Shown here in pieces: positions 26,949 through 36,362 of a DNA stretch of 64,000 nt. The notes beneath the pieces are model-generated. The model worked only from the letters and a program-made list of their open reading frames with translations. It was not told where the DNA came from and made no database searches. Made by a program: the position numbers and the translations under genes. The stretch is from Candidatus Hydrogenedentota bacterium (GTDB taxonomy: Bacteria; Hydrogenedentota; Hydrogenedentia; Hydrogenedentales; SLHB01): assembly GCA_045863295.1 (NCBI GenBank), contig BTWA01000012.1:86633-150632 (forward strand). Direction: 5' to 3'. Within the stretch, counting starts at the first letter, position 1. Each line of letters opens with the position of its first letter.

Positions 26949-28190
26949 ATGCAAGCAAACGGCACAGGTACCCCGAATAGGGCTGCAAACGCGGCGATTG
27001 CCACTCTATGTCCGCATTTTGGAGAATGTGGCGGTTGCCAGATGCAAGAATTGCCCTACGAAAATCAGTTGGGCCGCAAACAGCAGGCACTCGAGGCCCT
27101 GTTGTCTGGGTTCTGGGACGGCGGAATAGACATAATCCCATCACCAGCAATCTGGCATTATCGAAACAAAGTCGATCCCGCGTTTGACCGCATGCACTAT
27201 CCCGAAGCGCCTCCAAAGGATTTCGTGAGAGATACTGCCCTCGGGTTCAGGCGCAAAAATCGTTGGAACATTACGCTCGACATTCAAACTTGCCGCATTG
27301 GACCGGAAGGGTTGGATGAGCTCATGAGAGCGGTGAGAGTCTGGTACAGGAAAAATCAATTGCGCCCCTTCAACGCAAGATCCGGGCAGGGATACCTGCG
27401 GTTTCTTGTTGTGCGTGATGGCAAGCGCACCGGACAGAAAATGGTGGTCCTCATTACGGCCCCCGGCCAAACTCCGGGCGATGGCTTCGTTGAGGCGGTG
27501 CAATCTTCATTTAACCCGACTTCAATCATCTGGGGCACGAACGCAGCAAAGGCGGAAGTCGCCATTGCCGACTCATTCACCGTGCTGTCCGGCGAACCGT
27601 CTATCGACGAGGAGTTACATATACCAGACGTACTCGGGGAGGTGAAGTTGAAATTCTCTCTCTCTCCGTTCAGTTTCTTTCAGACCAATTCCCTTGGCGC
27701 GGAGCTATTGTACGGGATCATTCGAAAGTGGGTTCGAGATGCAAACGCTGGATTTCTGTATGACCTCTACGGCGGTTCAGGAGCCATTGGATTGGCATGC
27801 GCCGATATTGTTGAGGAAATCGTGACTGTGGAAAGTGTGGCTTCCGCATCCTCCGATGGACAAGTAAACGCAAAAACGAACATGGTTCAAAACATGCGGT
27901 TCGTCAGGCAGGAAGTGGAGCACTATTTGCGGCAACCCAACGGCGAAAGCCTGATTCCGGATGCAGTCGCCGTACTCGATCCGCCGCGCGCGGGACTGCA
28001 CCCCAAAGCCCTCGCCGCATTTCTGGATTGGAGACCGCGGGAAGCAATCTACGTGTCATGCAATCCCGAAGCGTTTGCGCGTGAACTTCCCGCCTTTCTG
28101 CACCAGTATCAAATTAAAGATGTTGCCGCGGTCGACATGTTTCCGCACACTCGCCACGTGGAACTGTTGGCAAGATTAGCTCGCAAGTAG
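26949..28190 (+). CDS. RlmD/TrmA-family RNA (uracil-5)-methyltransferase (no TRAM domain)
   Basis: [4Fe-4S] motif CPHFGECGGC, 'YRNK', 'SFFQTN', 'DLYGGSG', 'DPPRAG', catalytic 'YVSCNP', 'DMFPHTRHVE'. Confidence 0.9.
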   Translation: MQANGTGTPNRAANAAIATLCPHFGECGGCQMQELPYENQLGRKQQALEALLSGFWDGGIDIIPSPAIWHYRNKVDPAFDRMHYPEAPPKDFVRDTALGFRRKNRWNITLDIQTCRIGPEGLDELMRAVRVWYRKNQLRPFNARSGQGYLRFLVVRDGKRTGQKMVVLITAPGQTPGDGFVEAVQSSFNPTSIIWGTNAAKAEVAIADSFTVLSGEPSIDEELHIPDVLGEVKLKFSLSPFSFFQTNSLGAELLYGIIRKWVRDANAGFLYDLYGGSGAIGLACADIVEEIVTVESVASASSDGQVNAKTNMVQNMRFVRQEVEHYLRQPNGESLIPDAVAVLDPPRAGLHPKALAAFLDWRPREAIYVSCNPEAFARELPAFLHQYQIKDVAAVDMFPHTRHVELLARLARK

Positions 28191-28203
28191 CCCAGACGCA
28201 CAG

Positions 28204-28938
28204 TCAAAGCCGGAAGCCGCATTGCGCAAGCGCCTCGTCGGCCAACCTGTCCCACCCCCGATTCGAGGCCGGACTTGCTGGGCTCGGATGGGGCATTACA
28301 CCAATGCATACATCCGATTGAATGAGCGCCTCCGTGGCACGCTTGCGGGCAAATTGCCCCACACCAATGACATACTTCGGATTCAGTACCGCGATCATTT
28401 GGCGTAAGGCTTCGTCGCACATCGCAGTCAACGCACGGCGTTCTTCCACAGGCAGTCTATCGGGAGTAAAGTTTTTCCCGCTCGTTTCGATAAAGGCCAG
28501 AGGACAGTAGTTCATAACAAAGAACCGTTCAAAAAAACGGTCCGGAGTGTGAAATCGAGCGCGAGCCCAGCCCCAAAGCCGGCTGCCGCTCACCTCACGG
28601 CGCCCGCAGTTAAATCCCTCCACCGGACGCTTCGGATGCTCTGGACGGGGCTTTTGCACCTCCGCTTCAATGCACAACCATTCGCGCACCAGCACTACGT
28701 CGCCAAACGGGATCCCCGTTTGAGCCATGCCAAAAGGCCCCGGATTCATGCCCAGTAGTACCGCTTCTTTTTCCCCGGCCCCGTAGCGTTCAAGATACTG
28801 TCGATGCGCCTCCCAGGCATATTGCAGGGGGTTGTACACATACGCCACCGGTTCACCAAAGCTAAGACGGTCCATATTGCAGGCGAGAAGGCGGCTTATC
28901 GAAACCAGATTGGAGGCGGAATTCCTCGGCGGGCTCAT
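28204..28938 (-). CDS. SMUG1-family (family 3) uracil-DNA glycosylase
   Basis: 'YVYNPLQYAW', 'GMNPGPFGMAQTGIPFG', 'EVSGSRLW', 'NYCPL', 'HPSPASP'. Confidence 0.92.
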   Translation of the reverse strand: MSPPRNSASNLVSISRLLACNMDRLSFGEPVAYVYNPLQYAWEAHRQYLERYGAGEKEAVLLGMNPGPFGMAQTGIPFGDVVLVREWLCIEAEVQKPRPEHPKRPVEGFNCGRREVSGSRLWGWARARFHTPDRFFERFFVMNYCPLAFIETSGKNFTPDRLPVEERRALTAMCDEALRQMIAVLNPKYVIGVGQFARKRATEALIQSDVCIGVMPHPSPASPASNRGWDRLADEALAQCGFRL

Positions 28939-29026
28939 GATCCTCCTTCGGCGTCAGTTCTGGGCATACTCTCAATCCAGTAGGTTTCAATCCTTCGTAC
29001 TGCCATGAGCTACGATTTCGAATAGA

Positions 29027-29074
29027 CAAAGAATACGGGCGGGAATCGGAGACTACTTGATTCCCGTCCGCATT
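29027..29074 (-). terminator. Putative terminator/hairpin downstream of the aminotransferase
   Basis: Imperfect 16-bp inverted repeat 29032-29047 / 29059-29074, followed on the minus strand by CTTTG. Confidence 0.45.
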
Positions 29075-29168
29075 AGATAAATTCGGTTCAAGAGAGAACG
29101 AAGATTATTCCAATGGTGACCTCGTAACCATGAAGCGGGATCGAGCTCTGAGAAATATCCTGTCCTCT

Positions 29169-30377
29169 TTAGGAGCGAAGCTCGGAGACGTTATCCTTCA
29201 CCTTTTGAATGATGCGAATTACGTCCTGCATGTCCGACTCCGACGTCAGAAGAATCGAATGGTGAAACCACATGCCGCTTTTGTAACAAAGGTCTTCCGT
29301 CACAGGACAGTGGACCATGGAGTAATCAAAACCCTTCACCTGTTTCATAAATGGCTGCTTGTAGAGCGGCACCGGATATCCTGCTCCTATGGGAAGACCC
29401 TCGGCCTTGCACGCCTCGCAGAATTTCTCTCGGCTGCAACCAAAAGCCACCTCATCGATCCGGAGAGGGTAGAGGTGGTAGGCCCGGCGTGTCATGCCGG
29501 GGTTGCCGGGTTGTGGGGTAATCCCCTCGATCTGGCTCAGTGCCTGCGTCAGAATCGTGGCGTTCTTGGCTCTCACGTGCAGTTGCTCTACAAGCCGGGT
29601 CAATTGACCCGAGAGAACGGCCCCTTGGAACTCCGTAAGGCGCGCATTTGTACCCAAGTGCCTGTGTTCGTACCACACCCCGCCTTCCCAACGGCCGCAG
29701 TTCGTCATCGATCGGCAAATATCCGCAAAATCCTTGTCATTGGTTACAATGGCGCCGCCCTCCGCGGCAGAGATGTTTTTCGACTGTTGAAAGCTGAAAA
29801 CACCCGCTTTACCCAGTGTACCCGTGCCCTTGCCTTGCCATTGGCTACCCCACGAATGACACGCATCCTCGAAGAACAGTATGCCGTGCTTGTCCGCTAC
29901 AGCCTGTACAGCCGCTACATCGCATACCGAACTGCCGAAGTGTACAGGCATTATTGCCTTGGTGCGCGGCGTGATCGCGGCCTCAATCAACGCCGGATTC
30001 AGGCACCAGGTATGATCTACATCCACAAATACAGGAGTTGCACCGACCCGTGCCACTGCGCTGGCCGTCGCATAAAAGGTATAGGGAGGTACGATTACTT
30101 CATCACCCGCACCGATTCCCGCCGCTTGAAGTATAATCTCCAGCGCTGTCGTCCCGCTTGTGCAGGATACGCAATAGAGCCCCCCTTGGACAGCCGCATA
30201 CTCGGCCTCAAACGACTTGACATGTTTGCCGTACCACCAATCGCCGGACTCGAACACTTCGTACAAGCGGTTCCGCTCGGCATCGTCGAAAATGGGCCAT
30301 TTCGGCCACGATTTGCTGGCTGGCCGGACAGGGTCGCCTCCCAAAAGGGCAAGCTTCTCATTGGCTACTATTGACAT
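29169..30377 (-). CDS. DegT/DnrJ/EryC1/StrS-family PLP-dependent aminotransferase
   Basis: 'SGTTAL', 'GDEVIVP.YTFYAT', 'TKAIMPVH', 'EDACH', PLP lysine in 'FSFQQSKN', 'EGGAI'. Confidence 0.92.
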   Translation of the reverse strand: MSIVANEKLALLGGDPVRPASKSWPKWPIFDDAERNRLYEVFESGDWWYGKHVKSFEAEYAAVQGGLYCVSCTSGTTALEIILQAAGIGAGDEVIVPPYTFYATASAVARVGATPVFVDVDHTWCLNPALIEAAITPRTKAIMPVHFGSSVCDVAAVQAVADKHGILFFEDACHSWGSQWQGKGTGTLGKAGVFSFQQSKNISAAEGGAIVTNDKDFADICRSMTNCGRWEGGVWYEHRHLGTNARLTEFQGAVLSGQLTRLVEQLHVRAKNATILTQALSQIEGITPQPGNPGMTRRAYHLYPLRIDEVAFGCSREKFCEACKAEGLPIGAGYPVPLYKQPFMKQVKGFDYSMVHCPVTEDLCYKSGMWFHHSILLTSESDMQDVIRIIQKVKDNVSELRS

Positions 30378-30487
30378 GGATGTACTCTCCAAATGGGTTA
30401 ATAACAGGGCTCATATTCTACAGTCCGCCCAATAGAGAATTCCATTCGTCCGAGACGACGAAATCGCGATGTTCTATTTCCGGACGG

Positions 30488-31636
30488 CTATCTGGCCGGC
30501 GCGGCGCGTAGCGATGATGGCATTCCCGGCGTCTTTACACGTACCCCAGTATCTGTGACCAATCCGTTCGTCACTTCAAATATCCAAATCTCACGCGCGG
30601 GGTGACACTGCACAAGAACGAACCGGCCATCGGACGTAAACGCAACGCCTTCCGGGATCGCGCCCGTAGGCACGACCTGTACCTTCTCAAATGTCCGGCC
30701 TCGACGCGCCAACAATACAAGTTCACCATTCTTACTCAGGCCCGGAGTGCCCGGGGCAAGGTTTGAACCCGCCATCATGACCGCCGCCAAAAGTTTGCCA
30801 TCTGGACTCAGTTCAATGGACTCGGGCACCGACCCAATTTCAACAAATTCCGTGACTCGAGGCGGCTCTGCCCTGAGGTCGACGACACTCAGTGCATCCA
30901 TGTCAGGGAAACCATATCCGGTCCCGCCCGTCAATGCCAGTTCACCGTCCGGCGTGATGAGACAGCGGTACGGCTCGCCAAACACGGAGAACTTTCTCTC
31001 CGTCGGCACCAAATGACCGCCTTCTATGCGGATCAGCGCTAGAAATCGTCCCTTTTGAACGCTCGCAATAGCGAAGCGGCCGTCCGGGCTGATCGCCACG
31101 TCCGACACGCTCTCTTCTGGCTTGCACACGCTCACCGTCTCTTTCACCGATACGTTTTTGCCGTTTATCGCCAACAAGGAAAGTGTGCCGGCCGCGCGGT
31201 TGGCCACGATTGCAAAGTTTCCATCCCGGCTGATTGAAATGCCGGAGGGCTGTTGATCACTGTGAATAGTCTCGATTACCTTCGGCTCCGCCTGTGTCAA
31301 GTCGAGTACATGAATCACATCAGAGGGAATGTATCCAGTATCTGATTGCACGTCTGCCTTGATGGAATCGCATATGAGGGCAATCGAGCCATCCGGAACA
31401 ATCGCGATATTCGATGGCGGACCGATTACGCTGTTGCTGATTCCTTCCACATGCCTCACAGATGGCGGATACGACGAAAAATCCAGAAGCGTAATGGAGT
31501 CCGGAGCGGCATTCGGCACAGCGCGAGGCTTACCGCTCGTAAGGTCGATTTTGTTCTCGTTGCCCGACAATACCAACTGAGCATCAGAAGATGCGATAAC
31601 TGCACAAGCGACTATTATAAACGGTAGTTTGCTCAT
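30488..31636 (-). CDS. Secreted YncE/lactonase-like beta-propeller protein
   Basis: Signal peptide from ATG 31636; repeated blades PSNIAIVPDG, PSGISISRDG, VAISPDG, PESIELSPDG, PEGVAFTSDG. Confidence 0.8.
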   Translation of the reverse strand: MSKLPFIIVACAVIASSDAQLVLSGNENKIDLTSGKPRAVPNAAPDSITLLDFSSYPPSVRHVEGISNSVIGPPSNIAIVPDGSIALICDSIKADVQSDTGYIPSDVIHVLDLTQAEPKVIETIHSDQQPSGISISRDGNFAIVANRAAGTLSLLAINGKNVSVKETVSVCKPEESVSDVAISPDGRFAIASVQKGRFLALIRIEGGHLVPTERKFSVFGEPYRCLITPDGELALTGGTGYGFPDMDALSVVDLRAEPPRVTEFVEIGSVPESIELSPDGKLLAAVMMAGSNLAPGTPGLSKNGELVLLARRGRTFEKVQVVPTGAIPEGVAFTSDGRFVLVQCHPAREIWIFEVTNGLVTDTGVRVKTPGMPSSLRAAPAR

Positions 31637-31790
31637 ACTTGGTCCCCTGAGTTGTACCCACACCATCCTACTCAAGCCATGACCTCGTGACAACACGCTG
31701 GTCGTCTGCAATCTCCACCTCCACGTGGTTCAAGGTCTCTCACATATGCTACGATCCAGGAACTAGCGAGATACGTCTCAAGGAGTGTGC

Positions 31791-33158
31791 ATGTCCTCAG
31801 AATCGATGCCATGGGTGGATCGCCCAAAGGTGATTCCAGGCCCCAAACGCCTGTTTCCGCCAATGAATCTTCGTGATCTCGCAAAAGACACGTTCGGGTA
31901 TCTGACCCATCTCAGAGAAACGTACGGACCTATCTCGGTGATATCCACCGGCGTACTAAACATTTACTTCATGAATGACCCGGAAATCATCCGGGAAGTT
32001 CTGGTTACCAAAGACGCTGACTTCCAAAAAGGCCTCAGTTTCCGCGTAGCTAAGCGCTTATTGGGCGACGGTCTACTTACCAGCGAGGGCGAGTTTCACC
32101 GGCAGCAGAGGAGACTCGCACAGCCCGCATTCCATCGGCAGCGTATTGCCAACTACGCCATGATTATGGAAAATTACGCCCGGGCAAAAGCGGAATCCTG
32201 GTCCAACGGTGACATCGTAGACATGGACCTGGAAATGATGAAACTCACCCTCTCGGTGGTTGCAAAGACGCTCTTCGATGCAAATGTCGAAGAAGAGGCG
32301 AGAGCTGTCGGTGATGCACTCTCAGCGGCAATGGTGATATTCGATCGTACGGCATGGCCCATGGAACCACTGGTTCACCGGTTGCCACTTGAGTCGAACC
32401 GTCGATTCAACAAGGGAAAGCAGGACCTCGACAACATTGTATACCGGATTATTCGCGAACGGCGCGCCAGCGGGGAAGACCGGGGCGATCTCCTTTCCAT
32501 GCTCCTCGCAGCACAAGACGAAGACGATGGCCACAGCATGACGGACCTGCAAGTGCGTGATGAGGCAGTCACCATTTTTCTTGCCGGCCATGAAACCACT
32601 GCCAACATCCTCGGTTGGACCTGGTACAACATTGCGCGCAATCCCGAAGTCGAAGCCCGAATTCACACCGAAGTCGATGCGGTCATACCCAAAGGGTTGC
32701 CAGCGTTCGAAGCATTTGCACAACTACCCTATACCCGCGATGTCTTCAGCGAAGCGTTGCGCATGTATCCGCCGGTTTACTTGGTCGGCCGCCAGGCGAT
32801 GCGCACCACAACCGTTGGCCCTTACCGGATACCCAAATGGTCCATCATTCTCATCAGCCAGTTTTTTATGCACCGCGATCCCCGGTTCTGGGATCGCCCG
32901 AACGAATTCGAACCGTCCAGATGGACCGATACCATGCGCGAGAGGCTTCCAAAATTTGCCTATTTCCCGTTTGGCGGCGGACAACGCTTCTGCCTGGGCG
33001 ATCAGTTCGCCTGGATGGAAGGCGTCCTCATTCTCGCCATACTCGCACACAAATGGAAAATGCGCCTTGTTGACAGTGCACCCATCGAACCCCACCCACA
33101 GGTTACGCTACGCCCGTCCAAGCCAATTCGTATGCAGCTTGAGGCACGCAACCCCTGA
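31791..33158 (+). CDS. Cytochrome P450
   Basis: AAGGAG RBS; I-helix AGHETT; ExxR (EALR); heme ligand motif FPFGGGQRFCLG. Confidence 0.95.
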   Translation: MSSESMPWVDRPKVIPGPKRLFPPMNLRDLAKDTFGYLTHLRETYGPISVISTGVLNIYFMNDPEIIREVLVTKDADFQKGLSFRVAKRLLGDGLLTSEGEFHRQQRRLAQPAFHRQRIANYAMIMENYARAKAESWSNGDIVDMDLEMMKLTLSVVAKTLFDANVEEEARAVGDALSAAMVIFDRTAWPMEPLVHRLPLESNRRFNKGKQDLDNIVYRIIRERRASGEDRGDLLSMLLAAQDEDDGHSMTDLQVRDEAVTIFLAGHETTANILGWTWYNIARNPEVEARIHTEVDAVIPKGLPAFEAFAQLPYTRDVFSEALRMYPPVYLVGRQAMRTTTVGPYRIPKWSIILISQFFMHRDPRFWDRPNEFEPSRWTDTMRERLPKFAYFPFGGGQRFCLGDQFAWMEGVLILAILAHKWKMRLVDSAPIEPHPQVTLRPSKPIRMQLEARNP

Positions 33159-33451
33159 TCCAGTAGATTCGCGCAAAGCGGTGCACGATGAAATGGGGCA
33201 CCTCAAGCCATAACACGTCTGACTAAAATAGGGCCGTCGAATGCCGAACCTCGCGTTCCGGCTCCGAGAAGACCTTTCGAACCGCCGCTGCCAAATCGCC
33301 AAAGGCTATGGGTTTCAAGAGTAGAGCAGGATAAAGCCAGTATTGTTCCATTCCAACTATTGTGGACAGGAATTTGCCGGGTTGACGCGTATTCATGAAA
33401 AGTATTCCTCACTGACGTCCATTTGAGACGACAGGAATTCGATGATTACGT

Positions 33452-35476
33452 CTAGAAATCCGCCAGACCGTTTCCGTTCAGCGAGGACATGGGGTCGGAA
33501 CTGTCTCCACCGGTATGAGCGGGGATCAGCGAAAGGCCGTTACCCGCTGCTGACTTAAATGTAAGTGTTTTCTTGGAGACAGGAGCCATCCGTTGCACAC
33601 GCACGCTGTCGCAAATGGGTTCTTCCGAGTCATCCCGGTGGTGTAAGTGGGATGTTTCACCACCCACGAGTGAAAGCAATGTGGAAGCTACACCCGCGAG
33701 CTTTCCAGCCTCAGAAGACGGTATCTCACTGGCCAATGCAGTCTCCTCGGAGTTGGCCGCGTTGCTTTGAGTAACGTGGTCGATCTGCGAGACGGCCGTG
33801 TTGATCTGCTCGATTCCCACGGAAGTCTCCTTGGATGCCGCGGCAATTTCCGCGATCAACTGCGCTACGGAAGAGGCACTGGATTGTATGTTCGCAAACG
33901 CTTCGGTTACTGTCTCGCTCACTGCGACCCCGTGATGGGCACTCTTTTGAGATTGCTCCAAAAGCGCTGCGGTGTTCTTCGCCGCCTCTGCACTCCGTTG
34001 CGCGAGGTCCCTTACCTCATGGGCTACCACGGCAAATCCTTTGCCTGCGTCGCCCGCACGGGCGGCTTCCACGGCGGCATTGAGTGCCAACAGGTTTGTT
34101 TGAAACGCGATATCATCGATCGATTTTACAATCTTGGCCGTCTTATCGGCCGATTGTTTAATCTCGCCAATGGCGGAAGACAGCAGGTGTATCGATTCAT
34201 TCCCATCGGCAATCAATTTCTTGGCTTTGTCCATGAGACGGTCGGCCTCAGCGGCATGGTCCGCATTCTGGCGCGTCATGGAAGCCATTTCCTCCAACGA
34301 CGCCGAGGTCTCCTCCAACGACGACGCCTGCTCCGAGGCCCCTTCCGCAAGATACCGGCTCGACTCGGCTATCTGATCCGCAGCCGCATCTACTTGACGG
34401 GATCCATCCGAAAGGGCGGTCACGGCACTGTGCAAGGGCCGGGCGATGCCGCGAACAACGGCGTATACCGCTGACAAGAGGACGAGCAACATTACCAATC
34501 CAATCCCAATAGTGGTCCACATGATCCCGTGTGCCTTGGCCAATACCTTTTCAAAGGGGGCAACCACGGCAAAGGACCATGGCGTGGTAGTGTCGCCAAT
34601 GTGAATCGGAACATAGGACACGTAACTCGGTTCGCCCGTCAGTACGGACGCAATCTGCCCCTGGATTTCTCGGCCTCCACGTACAGCCTCGACAATGTCG
34701 TCTGTCGCGCCATACGCCTTCATATTCTGACCCGCAAGCTCGGTCTTCGGATGTCCCACAAACGTACCGTCGTTCGCTACCAAAAACGCATACCCTGTGT
34801 CATAAGGCTTAATCTCACCCACCAGGGCCGACATTTTCGTCAGTACAAGATCAATACCGACAACACCCACCACCCGGTCACTTTCAAGGATCGGCACGCA
34901 AACACTGGTCATTAGACTGTTATCAGCGTCCGGTTCTACATAGGGCGACATGATGCACTCATTGCGAGTCTCTTTTGGGATCACGTAGTAGTCTTCCGCT
35001 AGATACTCCGCATAGGATCCAGTACTGCCGGTCAGCGTTATGCTATCGCCTTCGCGTTTCGCGTAGGGCATGAAACCCCCTTCTTCGCCATACTCCTCGC
35101 TGCCGGCAAAATGGGCATCTTTTCCATCAAATTGGTTCGGCTCGAATTGTACCCACGCTCCGAAGTAGAACTCCTTGGATGCGACGACGTTGGAAAGCGC
35201 GTCCAAATAGCTCTGCCGGTCGATGGTTTCGCGTCGGCCAATTGCCCCTTCAAATACATTGCCTAGCGCACGGGCGGCTGACAGGGCATCCGTAAGTTCC
35301 GTCGCAATCCGTTGCCCATTATGAAAAGCGATCTCGCGCGTCTTCTCGTACGCCTCCGCCCGCAACACGGTGCGCGCTCGGAAAGACACAAACCCGATCA
35401 TAAGGCTCGTACCAACAATTGCCACACCGGAAAGCTGCAACAATGTCCGAAACTCCAAACGCATTTCCTTAAGCAT
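33452..35476 (-). CDS. Methyl-accepting chemotaxis protein with dCache sensor
   Basis: Two TM helices flanking a Cache domain ('MSPYVEP', 'GVVGIDL', '[16 protein letters not shown]'); hairpin tip '[30 protein letters not shown]'. Confidence 0.93.
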   Translation of the reverse strand: MLKEMRLEFRTLLQLSGVAIVGTSLMIGFVSFRARTVLRAEAYEKTREIAFHNGQRIATELTDALSAARALGNVFEGAIGRRETIDRQSYLDALSNVVASKEFYFGAWVQFEPNQFDGKDAHFAGSEEYGEEGGFMPYAKREGDSITLTGSTGSYAEYLAEDYYVIPKETRNECIMSPYVEPDADNSLMTSVCVPILESDRVVGVVGIDLVLTKMSALVGEIKPYDTGYAFLVANDGTFVGHPKTELAGQNMKAYGATDDIVEAVRGGREIQGQIASVLTGEPSYVSYVPIHIGDTTTPWSFAVVAPFEKVLAKAHGIMWTTIGIGLVMLLVLLSAVYAVVRGIARPLHSAVTALSDGSRQVDAAADQIAESSRYLAEGASEQASSLEETSASLEEMASMTRQNADHAAEADRLMDKAKKLIADGNESIHLLSSAIGEIKQSADKTAKIVKSIDDIAFQTNLLALNAAVEAARAGDAGKGFAVVAHEVRDLAQRSAEAAKNTAALLEQSQKSAHHGVAVSETVTEAFANIQSSASSVAQLIAEIAAASKETSVGIEQINTAVSQIDHVTQSNAANSEETALASEIPSSEAGKLAGVASTLLSLVGGETSHLHHRDDSEEPICDSVRVQRMAPVSKKTLTFKSAAGNGLSLIPAHTGGDSSDPMSSLNGNGLADF

Positions 35477-35654
35477 GGCCCGTCCCCTTAATTCCTGGTA
35501 GTGCTACTGGCATCCAATTGACTAGCCGAATAGACGCACACCGGTTCCCAATGTACATAGCTGCTTTCCGGTACCACCCGCACTCGACTTGATCGCGGAT
35601 TTACCGGGGTACAGTCGCCGGCACTACAGCCGGCTCAGACATCAGTGATGGAAC

Positions 35655-35670
35655 AGCAGCTTTCGTGCCA
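35655..35670 (-). promoter_or_regulatory. Sigma54 (-24/-12) promoter upstream of the MCP gene
   Basis: Minus strand TGGCACGAAAGCTGCT has exact GG-N10-GC spacing and lies just downstream of a sigma54 activator gene. Confidence 0.7.
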
Positions 35671-35843
35671 GAATGCACAATTCAGCGTAAGGTGCTTTGT
35701 GGCAATGACTTGAGGAAATACAGTCCGCCCGAATCAAAGCGAAAGGGGTGTAAAAAAACTTGTCGCTAGAGAAAGATACGTTTACAAATATCCGGCCTCG
35801 ATCCGACTTGTCGCCTGAAAACCTCTGCAACCGAAGCGCAGGT

Positions 35844-36362
35844 TCACGGAACGACGCCCGGTCGCCGCTCGCGGAGCGTAATCGCCTGACGGCTCATGCC
35901 CAGAAGGGATGCCGCAAGAGTCTTGTTCCCGCCGGTTCGCTTCAGCGCTTCCGCAATTAACTGATCTTTGACCTCTTCCATGGTGGGGAGTTTCGCCCCA
36001 AACGCCAGACGCTCCCCGTTGCGTGGGACCGTGCCGCGTGGAACAGAATGTGAGGTGGAAGAAGGACGATTCAAGATGCGTTCTTTGAACACATCCATGG
36101 AAAGTACCGGCGTCTTGTTCAGACTCACCGCGTCATAGACCATTCCATGCAATTCGCGTACGTTTCCAGGATAGTCGTATGAAGTCAGTAGAGAGATAAG
36201 TTCCATCGGGCAATGAGGTACTTTCTTGTCAAGTTGAAGGGACGCTTCCGCAAGAAAATGCGCCAGAAGGATCGGAACGTCGTCAAGGCGTTCACGTAAC
36301 GGAGGTATGGAAATGCGGTGGGTCGACAAGCGGTAATAGAGGTCCTTGCGAAACTGTCCGGA
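35844..36362 (-). pseudogene. 5'-truncated sigma54-dependent (NtrC-type) transcriptional activator
   Basis: Frame reads SGQFRKDLYYRL-STHRISIPPLRER...YDYPGNVREL...Fis-type HTH. An in-frame stop lies 4 codons upstream (36372-36374). REC, Walker A, GAFTGA and Walker B are missing. Confidence 0.85.

Noticed and set aside
29130..30374. 414-aa plus-strand ORF
   Set aside because: Antisense shadow of the DegT aminotransferase, typical of GC-rich codon bias.
35477..35650. c-di-GMP riboswitch in the MCP leader
   Set aside because: Hairpins are present, but the GEMM-I consensus (GGCAAAC, GNRA loop, receptor) is not.
36185..36358. C-terminal 57 aa of the 1459-aa kinase ORF as a novel domain
   Set aside because: It is out-of-frame read-through of the sigma54 activator fragment.
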